From the NCBI GenBank assembly GCA_002269645.1, contig NIVC01000197.1, positions 372,001-436,000 on the forward strand: a stretch of DNA of 64,000 bases. The letters are read 5' to 3'. A program made the translations under genes and the position numbers. Within the stretch, counting starts at the first letter, position 1. Each line of letters opens with the position of its first letter. Of the stretch, positions 37,811 through 50,674 are shown one piece after another. Source of the DNA: Macrostomum lignano. Lineage: Eukaryota. Under the pieces are notes generated by a model, which saw nothing but the letters and a program-made list of their open reading frames with translations, did no database searches and was not told the origin of the DNA.

Positions 37811-40800
37811 AGCAATCTTCGCCCCCTTTGGGGACATCTGTATATAATCTCTGTTCTCTACAAGTAATAAGAAGATAGCCAAATAAAGCTTTCACAAAGA
37901 AAACAGACAAACTACTCAAATGAAGTGCAATGCAAAATAAAATCATCCCAAGACAGCAAGCATCCCCCAGATAGCAAGCATCCCCCAGATAGCAAGCATC
38001 CCCCAGATAGCAAGCATCCCCCAGATAGCAAGCATCCCAGATAGCAAGCATCCCCCAGATAGATAGCATCCCCAAATAGTAAGCATCCACCAGACAATAA
38101 GTAGCTAGTGCGACAATTTCCTTAACATTATAGTGGCTCCTTTAAAATTCGCTCACTTTTACGTTTGAAATTGTGTATCTTTTATGTTTGACATGGTGGC
38201 TCTTTTATGTTTGAAATGAAGTCACTTATATGTTTGACATGGTGAATCTTTTAAATGTTTTACAGGTTGGCTCTTTAATTTTCAACATGGTGGCTCTTTT
38301 ATGTTCGACATAGTGGCTCCTTTATGTTCGACATGGTGGCTCTTTTATATTAGACATGGTGGCTCTTTTATGTTCTACATGGTGGTTCTTTTATGTTCGA
38401 CATGGTGGCTCTTTAATATTCAACAAAGTGGCTTTTTAATGTTTGACATAATGACTCTTTACTGTTCAAAATGGTGGCTCCTTAATGTTTGACATGGTGG
38501 CTCTTAAATGTTCGCCATGGTGGCTCTGTTATGTTTGACATGGTGGCTCTTTAATGTTTTACATGGTGGCTCTTATGTTTGCCATGGTGGCTCTTTTATG
38601 ATTGACATGGTGGCTCTTTAATGTTTGACATGGAGTCACGTATATGTTCGATATGGAGTCATGTATATGTTTGACATGGAGTCACGTATATGTTTGACAT
38701 GGTGGCTCCTTTATGTTTGACATGGTGGCTCTTTACTGTTTGACATAGCGGCTCTTTAATATTCAACAAAGTGGCTCTTAATGTTCGACATGGTGGCTCT
38801 TAATGTTTACATAGTGGCACTTTAATATTCAACAAAGTGGCTCTTTAATGTTTGACATGGTGACTCTTTAATTTTCAAAATGGTGGCTCTTTAATGTTTG
38901 ACATAGTGGCCTTTAATGTTCAACATAGTGGCTCTTTAATGTTCGACACGATGGCACTTTAATGTTCGACATGGTGGCTCTTTTATATTAGACATGGTGC
39001 TCTTTTAATGTTCGACATGGTTGCTCTTTAATGTTTGACATGGTAGCTCGTTAATGTTCGACACGATGGCACTTTAATGATTGACATGGTGGTTCTTAAT
39101 GTTCGACATGGTGGCTCTTTAATGTTCGAAATGTTTTTTTTTGTTTTACAGTGCTCTTTAATGTTCAACATAGTGGCTCTTTTTTGTTTGAAATAAAGTC
39201 TCTTTATACGTTTGACATGGTGGCTCTTTAATGTTCGGCATGATGGCTCTTTAATGTTCGACATGAAGTCACGTATATGTTTGATATAGAGTCACATATA
39301 CGTTTTTCATAGTGGCTCTTTAATGTTTGACATGGTGGCTCTTTAATGTTCGACATGGTGGCTCCTTTATGTTCGACATGGTGGCTCTTTAATGTTTGAC
39401 ATGGTGACTCTTTTATGTTTGACATGGTGGCTCTAATGTTTGACATGGTGGCTCTTTTATGTTTGACATGGTGGCTCTTTAATTTTTGACATTGTGGCTC
39501 TTTAATGTTCGACATGGTAGCTCCTTAATGTTTGACATGGTGGCTCTTTAATGTTGGACATGATGGCTCTTTAATGTTCGACATGGAGTCACATATATGT
39601 TCGACATGATGGCTCTATAATGTTCGACATGGAGTCACATATATGTTCGACATGATGGCTCTTTAATGTTCGATATGGAGTCACATATATGTTCGACATG
39701 ATGGCTCTTTAATATTCGAAATAGTGGCTCTTTTATGTTTGACATGGTGGCTCTTTTATGTTTGACATGGAGTCACGTATATGTTTGACATGGTGGCTCT
39801 TTAATGTTTGACAAAACAAAACAAAATAAAACTATTTTATGTTTGACATGGTGGCTCAATAATGTTTGACATGGTGGCTCAATAATGTTTGACATGGTGG
39901 ATCTTTTATGTTTGACATGGTGGTTCTTTAATGTTTGAAATGGAGTCACGTATATGCTTTACATGGTGGCTCTTTTATATGTTTAACATGGTGGCTCTTT
40001 AATGTTTGACATGGTGGCTCTTTAATGTTTGACATGGTGGCTCTTTAATGTTTTAAATGGAGTCACGTATATGTTTGTCATGGAGTCACGTATATTTTTT
40101 ACATGGTGGCTCTTAAATGTTTGACATGGTGGCTCTTCAATGTTCTTCATGGTGGCTCTTCAATGTTCTTCATGGTGGCTCTTTTATGTTTGACATGGTG
40201 GCTCTTTAATGTTTGACATGGAGTCACGTACATGTCTGACATGGTGGCTCTTTTATGTTTGACATGGAGTCACGTATATGTTTGACATGTTGGCTCTTTA
40301 ATGTTCGACATGGAGTCACGTATATGCTTTACATGGTGGCTCTTTTATTTTTGACATGGTGGCTCTTTAATGTTCAACATGGTGGCTCTTTTATGTTTGA
40401 CATGGTGGCTCTTTTATGTTTGACATGGAGTCACGTATATGTTTTACATGGTGGCGCTTTTATGTTTGACATAGTGGCTTTTTTACGTTTGACATGGTCG
40501 CTCTTTAATGTTTGACATAGTGGCTCTTTAATGTTCAACATAGTGGCTCTTTAATGTTCGACACGATGGCACTTTAATGTTCGACATGGTGGCTCTTTTA
40601 TATTAGACATGGTGGCTCTTTTATGTTCGACATGGTGGCTCTTTAATGTTTGACATGGTAGCTCGTTAATGTTCGACACGATGGCACTTTAATGATTGAC
40701 ATGGTGGTTCTTTAATGTTCGACATGGTGGCTCTTTAATGTTCGAAATGTTTTTTTTGTTTTACAGTGGCTCTTTAATGTTCAACATAGTGGCTCTTTTT

Positions 40801-43464
40801 TGTTTGAAATAAAGTCTCTTATACGTTTGACATGGTGGCTCTTTAATGTTCGGCATGATGGCTCTTTAATGTTCGACATGAAGTCACGTATATGTTTGAT
40901 ATAGAGTCACATATACGTTTTTCATAGTGGCTCTTTAATGTTTGACATGGTGGCTCTTTAATGTTCGACATGGTGGCTCCTTTATGTTCGACATGGTGGC
41001 TCTTTAATGTTTGACATGGTGGCTCTTTACTGTTTGACATGGTGGCTCTTTTCTGTTTGACATGATGGTTCTTTTATGTTTGAAATGGTAACTCTTTAAT
41101 GTTTGATATAGTGGCTCTTTTATGTTCGACATGGTGGCTCTTTTATGTTTGAAATGGTAGCTCTTTAATGTTTGATATAGTGGCTCTTTAATGTTCTACA
41201 TGGAGTCGCGTATATGCTCGACATGGTGGCTCTTTAATGTTTGACATGGTGACTCTTTTATGTTTGACATGGTGGCTCTAATGTTTGACATGGTGGCTCT
41301 TTTATGTTTGACATGGTGGCTCTTTAATTTTTGACATTGTGGCTCTTTAATGTTCGACATGGTAGCTCCATAATGTTTGACATGGTGGCTCTTTAATGTT
41401 GGACATGATGGCTCTTTAATGTTCGACATGGAGTCACATATATGTTCGACATGATGGCTCTATAATGTTCGACATGGAGTCACATATATGTTCGACATGA
41501 TGGCTCTTTAATGTTCGACATGGAGTCACATATATGTTCGACATGATGGCTCTTTAATATTCGAAATAGTGGCTCTTTTATGTTTGACATGGTGGCTCTT
41601 TTATGTTTGACATGGAGTCACGTATATGTTTGACATGGTGGCTCTTTAATGTTTGACAAAACAAAACAAAATAAAACTATTTTATGTTTGACATGGTGGC
41701 TCAATAATGTTTGACATGGTGGCTCAATAATGTTTGACATGGTGGATCTTTTATGTTTGACATGGTGGTTCTTTAATGTTTGAAATGGAGTCACGTATAT
41801 GCTTTACATGGTGGCTCTTTTATATGTTTAACATGGTGGCTCTTTAATGTTTGACATGGTGGCTCTTTAATGTTTGACATGGTGGCTCTTTTATGTTTGA
41901 CATGGAGTCACGTATATGTTTGACATGGTGGCTCTTTAATGTTTGACAAAACAAAACAAAATAAAACTATTTTATGTTTGACATGGTGGCTCAATAATGT
42001 TTGACATGGTGGCTCAATAATGTTTGACATGGTGGATCTTTTATGTTTGACATGGTGGTTCTTTAATGTTTTAAATGGAGTCACGTATATGTTTGTCATG
42101 GAGTCACGTATATTTTTTACATGGTGGCTCTTAAATGTTTGACATGGTGGCTCTTCAATGTTCTTCATGGTGGCTCTTTTATGTTTGACATGGTGGCTCT
42201 TTAATGTTTGACATGGAGTCACGTACATGTCTGACATGGTGGCTCTTTTATGTTTGACATGGAGTCACGTATATGTTTGACATGTTGGCTCTTTAATGTT
42301 CGACATGGAGTCACGTATATGCTTTACATGGTGGCTCTTTTATTTTTGACATGGTGGCTCTTTAATGTTCAACATGGTGGCTCTTTTATGTTTGACATGG
42401 TGGCTCTTTTATGTTTGACATGGAGTCACGTATATGTTTTACATGGTGGCGCTTTTATGTTTGACATAGTGGCTTTTTTACGTTTGACATGGTCGCTCTT
42501 TAATGTTCTACATGGTGGCTCTTTTATTTTTGTCATGGTAGCTCTTTAATGTTCGACATGGTGTCTCTTCAATATTTGACATGGATTCATGTATATGTTT
42601 GACATGGCTCTTTAATGTTCGACATCCAGTCACGTATATGTTTTACATGGTGGTTCTTTTATGTTTGACATGGTTGCCCTTTAATGTTCGACATGGTGTC
42701 TCTTTAATATTTGACATGGAGTCACGTACATGTTTGACATTGTGGGTCTTTTATGCTTGATATGGTGGCTCTTTAATGTTTTACATGGTAGCTCTTTTAT
42801 TTTTAATATGGTGGCTCTTTTATGTTCAATATGGTGGCTCTGTAATGTTCGACATGGTGGCTCTTTTATGTTTAGCATTTTGTGTTTTTAAGGTGTTTTA
42901 ATAAAAAAATTATTTTGCACTACTAAGATTCGAACCCAGGTCGCTACATTAGCAGTCCAGTCTGTTCGCATCTAGACTATCTCTTTTCAATTGGAGAACA
43001 TGAATTTTGGCCCTTATAATTCAATACTTACAGCAAGTCGTTTAGTGTAAAAAGGTGTATGACATAATCAATTTCTCAGTCAGCCAGTATCCGTCTCAAT
43101 TGAAGTTAGCAATATAATTACGCAATTTTAATCAAGTCTTGTGCGCATTTCTTCGACACTGTTTTCAACTTGTTGTGATGTAATATTTATCAGAATCGAA
43201 ATTCAGTCAGTCAGTTTTTTCTCTAGCATTTTTACAATGCAATTCAAGTCGAAAATTTGGCTTGACCTTTGCAAAAAAGCATGTTTTTCGAATATTTAAT
43301 CCCTTTAAAATTGAGCAATTTCTTAGCCAAGATGCATGTACCGTCCCAGGAAAATTTCTGATCGAATGGTGCAAGTTTGAAGAAAATCGGTTGAGCCATT
43401 TTTTCTGAAATCTATCGCATACCTACCCACATACATACAGACAACTCATTTTTAGTATATTGGA
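37811..43464 (-). mobile_element. Non-autonomous Helitron H4 (terminal CTAG eroded)
   Basis: Begins AGCAATCTTCGCCCCCTTTGGGG; ends TTTTTAGTATATTGGA; 18-bp and 23-bp arrays. Confidence 0.82.
38180..42870. repeat. 23-bp satellite array in H4 (private variant CATGGAGTCACGTATATG)
   Basis: Directly visible. Confidence 0.97.
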
Positions 43465-46400
43465 CTAGCAATCTTCGCCCCCCGTTGGGGGACATCTGTA
43501 TAGAACCTCTGTTCTCTACAAGTAACAAAAAGATAGCCAAAAAAAGCCTTCGCAAAGAAAACAGACAAAATACTCAAAGGAAGTGCAATGCAAAAAGAAA
43601 TCATTCCAAGATAGCAAGCATCCCCCAGATAGCAAGCATCCCCCAGATAGCAAGCATCCCCCAGATAGCAAGCATCCCCCAGATAGCAAGCATCCTCCAG
43701 ATTGCAAGCAACCCCGGATAGCAAGCATCCCCCAGATAGCAAGCATCCCTCAGATAGCAAGCATCCCCCAGATAGCAAGCATCCCCAAGATAGCAAGCAT
43801 CCCCAAGATAGCAAGCATCCCCCAGATAGCAAGCATCCCCCAGATAGCAAGCATCCTCCAGATTGCAAGCAACCCCCGGATAGCAAGCATCCCCAGATAG
43901 CAAGCATCCCCAGATAGCAAGCATCCCCTAGATAGCAACCATCCCCCAGATAGCAAGCATCCCCCAGATAGCAAGCATCCCTCAGATAGCAAGCATCCCC
44001 CAGATAGCAAGCATCCCCCAGATAACAAGCATCCCCCAGATAGCAAGCATCCCCAGATAGCAAGCATCCCCCAGATAGCAAGTATCCCCAAGATAGCAAG
44101 CATCCCCCAGATAGCAAGCATCCCCTACATAGATAGCATCCCCAAATAGCAAGCATCCACCAGACAATAAGTAGCTAGTGCGATAATTTCCTTAGCATTA
44201 TAGTGGCTCCTTTAAAATTCGCTTACTTTTACGTTTGAAATTGTGTAAATTTTATGTTTGACATGGTGGCTCTTTATGTTCTACATGGCAACTCTTTTAT
44301 GTTTGAAACGATGGCTTTTTAATGTCTGACATGGTGGCTCTTTTATGTTTGACACAGTGGCCCTTTAATGTTCGACAAAGTGGCTATTTAATGTTTGACA
44401 AGGTGGCTTTTAAATGTTTGACATGGTGGCTCCTTAATGTTCGAAATGGTGGCTCTTTAATGTATGACATAAAGACACATATATAATTGACATGGTGGCT
44501 CTTAAATGTTTGACATGGTGGCTCTTTATTGTTTGACATAGTGGCTCTTTAATGATCGACAAAGTGGCTCTTTAATGTTCTTCATGGTATAGCTCTTTTA
44601 TGTTCGACATGGTGGCTCTTAAATGTTTGACATGGTGGCTCTTTAATGTTAGAAATGGTGGCTCTTTTGTTTGACATGGTGGCTCTTTAATATTCTACAT
44701 TGTGGCTCTTAAGTGTTCGAAATGGTGGATCTTTTAGGTTTGACATGATGGCTGTTTAATGTTTGACATGGTAGCTCTTTTATGTTGACATGGTAGCTCT
44801 TTTAGGTTTGACATGGTGGCTGTTTAATGTTTGACATGGTAGCTCTTTTATGTTGACATGGTAGCTCTTTTAGGTTTGACATGGTGGCTGTTTAATGTTC
44901 AACATAGTGGCTCTTTAATATTCTACATGGTGGCTCTTTTATTTTTAACATGGTGGCTCTTTTGTTTTACATGGTGGCTCTTTAATGTTTGACATAAAGT
45001 CACTTATATGTTCGAAATGGTGGCTCTTTAATATTTTACATTGTGGCTCTTAAGTGTTCGACATGGTGGCTCTTTTAGGTTTGACATGGTGGCTCTTTTA
45101 TATTCTACATTTTGGCTCTTAAATTTTCGACATGGTGGCTCTTTTTGGTTTGACATGGTGGCTCTTTTATGCTTGATATGGTGGCTCTCTAATGTTTAAC
45201 ATGGTGACTTTTAATGTTAGACATGGTGGCTCTTTAATGTTCGACATGGTGGCTCTTTGATATTCGACAGGGTGGCTCTTAAATGTTTGATATGGTGGCT
45301 CTTTATGTTTGACATGTTGGCTCTTTTGTGTTTGACATGGTGGCTCTTTCATGTTTGACATGGTGGCTCTTTTTGTTGAAATGGTGGCTCTTTTTTGTTC
45401 TACATGGTAACTCTTTTATATCTGATACGGTGGCTTTTTTAATGTCTGACATGTTGGCTCTTTTATGTTTGACATAGTGGCTCTTTAATGTTCAAAATGG
45501 TGGCTCTTTTATGTTTGACATGGTGGCTCTTTAATGATTGACATGGTGGCTCTTTAATGTTCGACATGGTGGCTCTTCTATGTTCGAAATGGTGGCTTTT
45601 TAATGTTCAAAATAGTGGCTCTTTTATGTTCGACATGGTGGCTCTTTAATGTTCGAAATGGTGGCTCTTTAATGTACGACATAATGGCTCTTTAATGTTT
45701 GAAAATGTGGCTTTTGAATGTTTGACATGTTGGCTCTTTAATGTTTGACATGGTAGCTCTGTTATGTTCGACATGGTGGCTCTTTAATATTCCTCATGTT
45801 ATAGCTCTTTCATGTTTGACATGGTGGCTCTTTAATGTTCGAAATAGTGGCTCTTTAATGTTCGAAATGGTGGCTCTTTAATGTTTGACACAAAGTCACA
45901 TTTATGTTTGACATGGTGGCTCCTAAATGTTTGACATGTTGGCTCTTTTATGTTTGACATGTTGGCTCATTTATGTTTGACATAGTGGCTCTTTGATGTT
46001 CGAAATAGTGGCTCTTTTATGGTCGACATGGTGGCTCTTTAATGTTCGAAATGGTGGCTCTTTAATGTTCGAAATAGTGGCTCTTTTATGTTCGACATGG
46101 TGGCTCTTTAATGTTCGAAATGGTGGCTGTTTAATGTTCGAAATGGTGGCTCTTTTATGTTTGACATAAAGTCACTTATATGTTTTACATGGTGCCTCTT
46201 AAATATTAGACATGGTGGCTCGTTTAGGTTTGACATGGTGGCTCTTTTATGTTTGACATGTTGGCTCTTTAATGTTCGACATGGTGGCTCTTCTATATTC
46301 GAAATGGTGGCTTTTTAATGTTCAAAATAGTGGCTTTTTTATGTTCGACATGGTGGCTCTTTAATGTTCGAAATGGTGGCTCTTTAATGTACGACATAAT

Positions 46401-48000
46401 GGCTCTTTAATGTTTGACAATGTGGCTTTTGAATGTTTGACATGGTGGCTCTTTAATGTTTGACATGGTAGCTCTGTTATGTTCGACATGGTGGCTCTTT
46501 AATGTTCGAAATAGTGGCTCTTTAATGTTCGAAATGGTGGCTCTTTAATGTTTGACACAAAGTCACATTTATGTTTGACATGGTGGCTCCTAAATGTTTG
46601 ACATGTTGGCTCATTTATGTTTGACATAGTGGCTCTTTGATGTTCGAAATAGTGGCTCTTTTATGGTCGACATGGTGGCTCTTTAATGTTCGAAATGGTG
46701 GCTCTTTAATGTTCGAAATAGTGGCTCTTTTATGTTCGACATGGTGGCTCTTTAATGTTCGAAATGGTGGCTCTTTAATGTTCGAAATAGTGGCTCTTTA
46801 ATGTTCGACATGGTGGCTCTTCTATGTTCGAAATGGTGGCTTTTTAATGTTCAAAATAGTGGCTCTTTTATGTTCGACATGGTGGCTCTTTAATGTTCGA
46901 AATGGTGGCTCTTTAATGTACGACATAATGGCTCTTTAATGTTTGACAATGTGGCTTTTGAATGTTTGACATGGTGGCTCTTTAATGTTTGACATGGTGG
47001 CTCTTTAATGTTTGACATGGTAGCTCTGTTATGTTCGACATGGTGGCTCTTTAATGTTCGAAATAGTGGCTCTTTAATGTTCGAAATGGTGGCTCTTTAA
47101 TGTTTGACACAAAGTCACATTTATGTTTGACATGTTGGCTCTTTTATGTTTGACATAGTGGCTCTTTGATGTTCGAAATAGTGGCTCTTTTATGGTCGAC
47201 ATGGTGGCTCTTTAATGTTCGACATGGTGGCTCTTTAATGTTCGAAATGGTGGCTGTTTAATGTTCGAAATGGTGGCTCTTTTATGTTGACATAAAGTCA
47301 CTTATATGTTTTACATGGTGCCTCTTAAATATTAGACATGGTGGCTCGTTTAGGTTTGACATGGTGGCTCTTATATGTTTGACATTGCGCTTCTTTGATG
47401 TTTAGCAGTTTTGTTGTGTTTTTAAGGTGTTTTAATAAAAAAATCTTTTTGCACTACTATGATTCGAACCCAGGTCGCTACATTAGCATTCCAGTCTGTT
47501 CGCATCAGGGCTATCTCTTTTCAATTGGAGAACATGAATTGTGGCCCTTATAATTCAATTCTTACAGCAAGTCAATTGGAGTAAAAAGTTATGACATAAT
47601 CAATTTCTCAGTCAGCCAGTATCAGTCTCAATTTAAGTTAGCAATATGGTTACGCAATTTAAATCAAGTCGTGTGTGCATTTCTTCGGTACTGTTTTCAA
47701 CTTGTTGTGATGCAATCTTTATCACAATCGGAATTCAGTCAGTCAGTTTTTTCTCTAGCATTCTTACAATGCATTTCAGGTCGAAAGAGCTGCTTGACCT
47801 TTGCAAAAAAGCATGTTTTTCGAATATTTAATCCCTTTAAAATTGAGCAATTTCTTAGCCAAGATGCATGTACCGTCCCAGGAAAATTTCTGATCGAATG
47901 GTGCAAGTTTGAAGAAAATCGGTTGAGCCATTTTTTCTGAAATCTATCGCATACCTACCTACCTACCTACCCACAGACAACTCATTTTTAGTATATAGGA
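43465..48000 (-). mobile_element. Non-autonomous Helitron H5
   Basis: GA|CTAG junction with H4 at 43464/43465; ends TTTTTAGTATATAGGA at 48000. Confidence 0.85.
44250..47390. repeat. 23-bp satellite array in H5 (enriched variant TTCGAAAT(G/A)GTGG)
   Basis: Directly visible. Confidence 0.97.
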
Positions 48001-49943
48001 AGCCAATGGGGGGGATACCGGGCCGACTACACCACACATGGGCATATGCAGCGCAATAGAGAAAGAAATACCTAATTGCAGACGCAGCCGACGGGCAGGG
48101 CTGCTTGGCACAGTGGTCGTCGGATGGTCACGGCGCGGCTGCAGTCACGGACGATCAGTCCAGACGAGACGCGCCAGGAGGTAAAGCCAAGGGAAGTCAC
48201 AGCTCAGCACGTGGTTACAGCTCTCAGCACATGGTTGCAGCTCGCACGTTACAGCTCAGCACCCAAAATGGAGAAGGGGCTCCGAACGGTTGTTTTACAG
48301 CTCCGAAGGTCCGTAATGAAACGGAAGGGGAAGGGAGGAAAGGTTGTGAAAGGGAAGGGTATAAGAAAACCTTAAACGGTGAAGGAAAGGGTAAAACCGT
48401 AGCCGCTCAGGGCTCAAAACAGTGTAGCTCTTATTTATAGCCCTGAGATCAAGTGTCACGCAATCTCGTGAGCGTGATGCGTGATATTGAAGGCCTTGAC
48501 TTGTCGTTGACCTCCGTTACCAAGCAACCCTGACGACGTCACCCGTCAGCCGCTCTGTGATTGTGTGAGAAAAAAGATTTATGATGGGGGATTACGTACG
48601 TAACAAGCAGAAAAAAGCTTGGGGAGATAAAAGTCCAGAAAGGGTCATGTCACACGCATGAATGATTTCGAACAATGAAAGCAGGTGGAGTTGGTGCGCG
48701 GGGGAGTGGGGTGGGCGATAAGCCATGATCGAGCTGTTATATCGATGACTCTCATCTCATGGGTCTTCACGGGGGGGGGCAGGAATCACAATGAAAGAAG
48801 GGAGGGCGCGCAAAATTAGTCGGGGACCAGGAGTGCCTACATCAGTGTGATTAACAGACAAAACTATATTTTTCCTTATTGATTTGCATGTTATGTAACA
48901 TGTGTAACATACTAATTTGAATAAAAAGGAATTAAAGTGACTATTCTTTGGTGAAAATGGTTTGCAGTGCCAGAATTTTGCTGTCTGTTGTGAAGGACAC
49001 TTTGAACAATTTTGGATGTTCAGAAAGAAAGCCATTCAAAGAAAACATTCAAATATGCTCAACGCTCGTACCAAAAATGTCCTAAAATTTGAATGAACTG
49101 GACTAAGGCGAGGCAAACACCCTTTTCCGTACTCACTGAATAGTTTTATACGCTTGAAAACTAAAAAATCTAATTTGACTGCATCAAATGCTTTTTAAGT
49201 TAGGAAAGTAAAGGAAATATGATTTTTGTTTATTTTTACTGTTTCAATCCTGTTTCTTAGAAGAACAGGTGGAGTCTGCGATAATCATCAATAGATAGAT
49301 GTTTATGTGTCTTTACTCTTTAACCCAGGGATAAATATGTAATGTGTAAAATTTACTCAATGTATATTTAATACGTTTTCCTGCATGTTTTGTGCTTCGC
49401 TAGGCCTATAGATAGACTATATAACGGGTATTATTAGGTCTATCATATCAACCACACCAGTTACCAGTAGATAACTAGATTACTCACTGTAGTGTATATT
49501 CAATTATTCATCCTTATGTCGTGTCATCGACATTTTCATGCTAAGCTTGTGACTAGAGGCATATGCCTAAGTGGAATCTAACTAGGCGCTATATGTGTAT
49601 ATTATTTAGACCTTAGGCCTACTATTACTAGACTTATAGATAGATAAGTTTTGCTAGGTGATAGCCTATAGGCCTAGGTGAGATTGGCAATTGCCATGCC
49701 TGCACAAGTTTTGTGCAGCTGTAAGCTGTGCAAATTTTCAAATTTTGTGAAATGCACAAAAAATGAAGAAATCCCTTTTTCTATGCAAATGAGATAGTTA
49801 TAGTCAATTGATTTTCTCATTTTCTCATGTTAAAATCTCAATCTCATGTAGGCCTAAAATCATTTTAATAACAATTTAACATTGATACATGTAACATTGG
49901 GTAGGCTCTTTAGTGAAAATAGAAACCTTCATTGGCTGTTGGC

Positions 49944-50344
49944 TAGAGGTCGGACGGGATTGAAATATTCGGGCGGGATCGGGATCGGGAATAATTTTTT
50001 TCTCGGGATCGGGATCGGGATCGGGATTTCGGGAATCGGGATCAGGTCTTTTAGTGTATTGTCCATGTAAAGTTAAACAAAATTGAGAAAAGATTGTCAA
50101 GATCAAGAAGTAAAACACAACGAATTTGATATGAAGTTTTGTAACCAACAAAGTAAATAATGTAACGAGTACAAGTTAAAGCAAAATACCTTCAAGTAAT
50201 CACTAATTCTATAAACTATTTAATCAAAAGACCTGTTCCCGAATCTCGAGTTTTTTAGGGTCGGGATTCTCGTCCCGCGGGAATTCAATTTTCCTCGGGA
50301 TCCCGAGATTTCGGGATCGGGATCGGGATCCCGTCCGACCTCTA
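49944..50344. mobile_element. hAT-superfamily MITE, 401 bp
   Basis: 17-bp TIR TAGAGGTCGGACGGGAT; 8-bp TSD CTGTTGGC (49936-49943, 50345-50352); subterminal GGGATC repeats. Confidence 0.93.
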
Positions 50345-50674
50345 CTGTTGGCACATGACCAAGATTGCCATACACCAAGATAGCCATAGCTCTAGGCCTA
50401 AATGTCTAAATAGATTAAATTAAGCCTAGGTTTATATATTGGCAGTTGTTATTTGTCTGGTAACCAGACAAATAGCCTTTCTGCTATATGTCCAGTTAAA
50501 TTGCTAATATAAGTATCTTATTTGTTTCCTGATGAATATTCTAGATTTTTAAGACCTTTTCTTGTATACTGATTAATATTTTCTTATATACTAGTCTCTA
50601 GAGTGTAAGCAAGTAGTATATTCAATTTGGCATAATTTGGTGTATAAGACACACACTAGTATAACCATGCTTGG

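Noticed and set aside
24929-47940. Many ORFs (GDACYL, MSNIKEPP, MVTQFQSSRV) and a CRISPR-like look
   Set aside because: Satellite translations and Helitron terminal sequence. There are no unique spacers, cas genes or RepHel motifs, and the DNA is eukaryotic.
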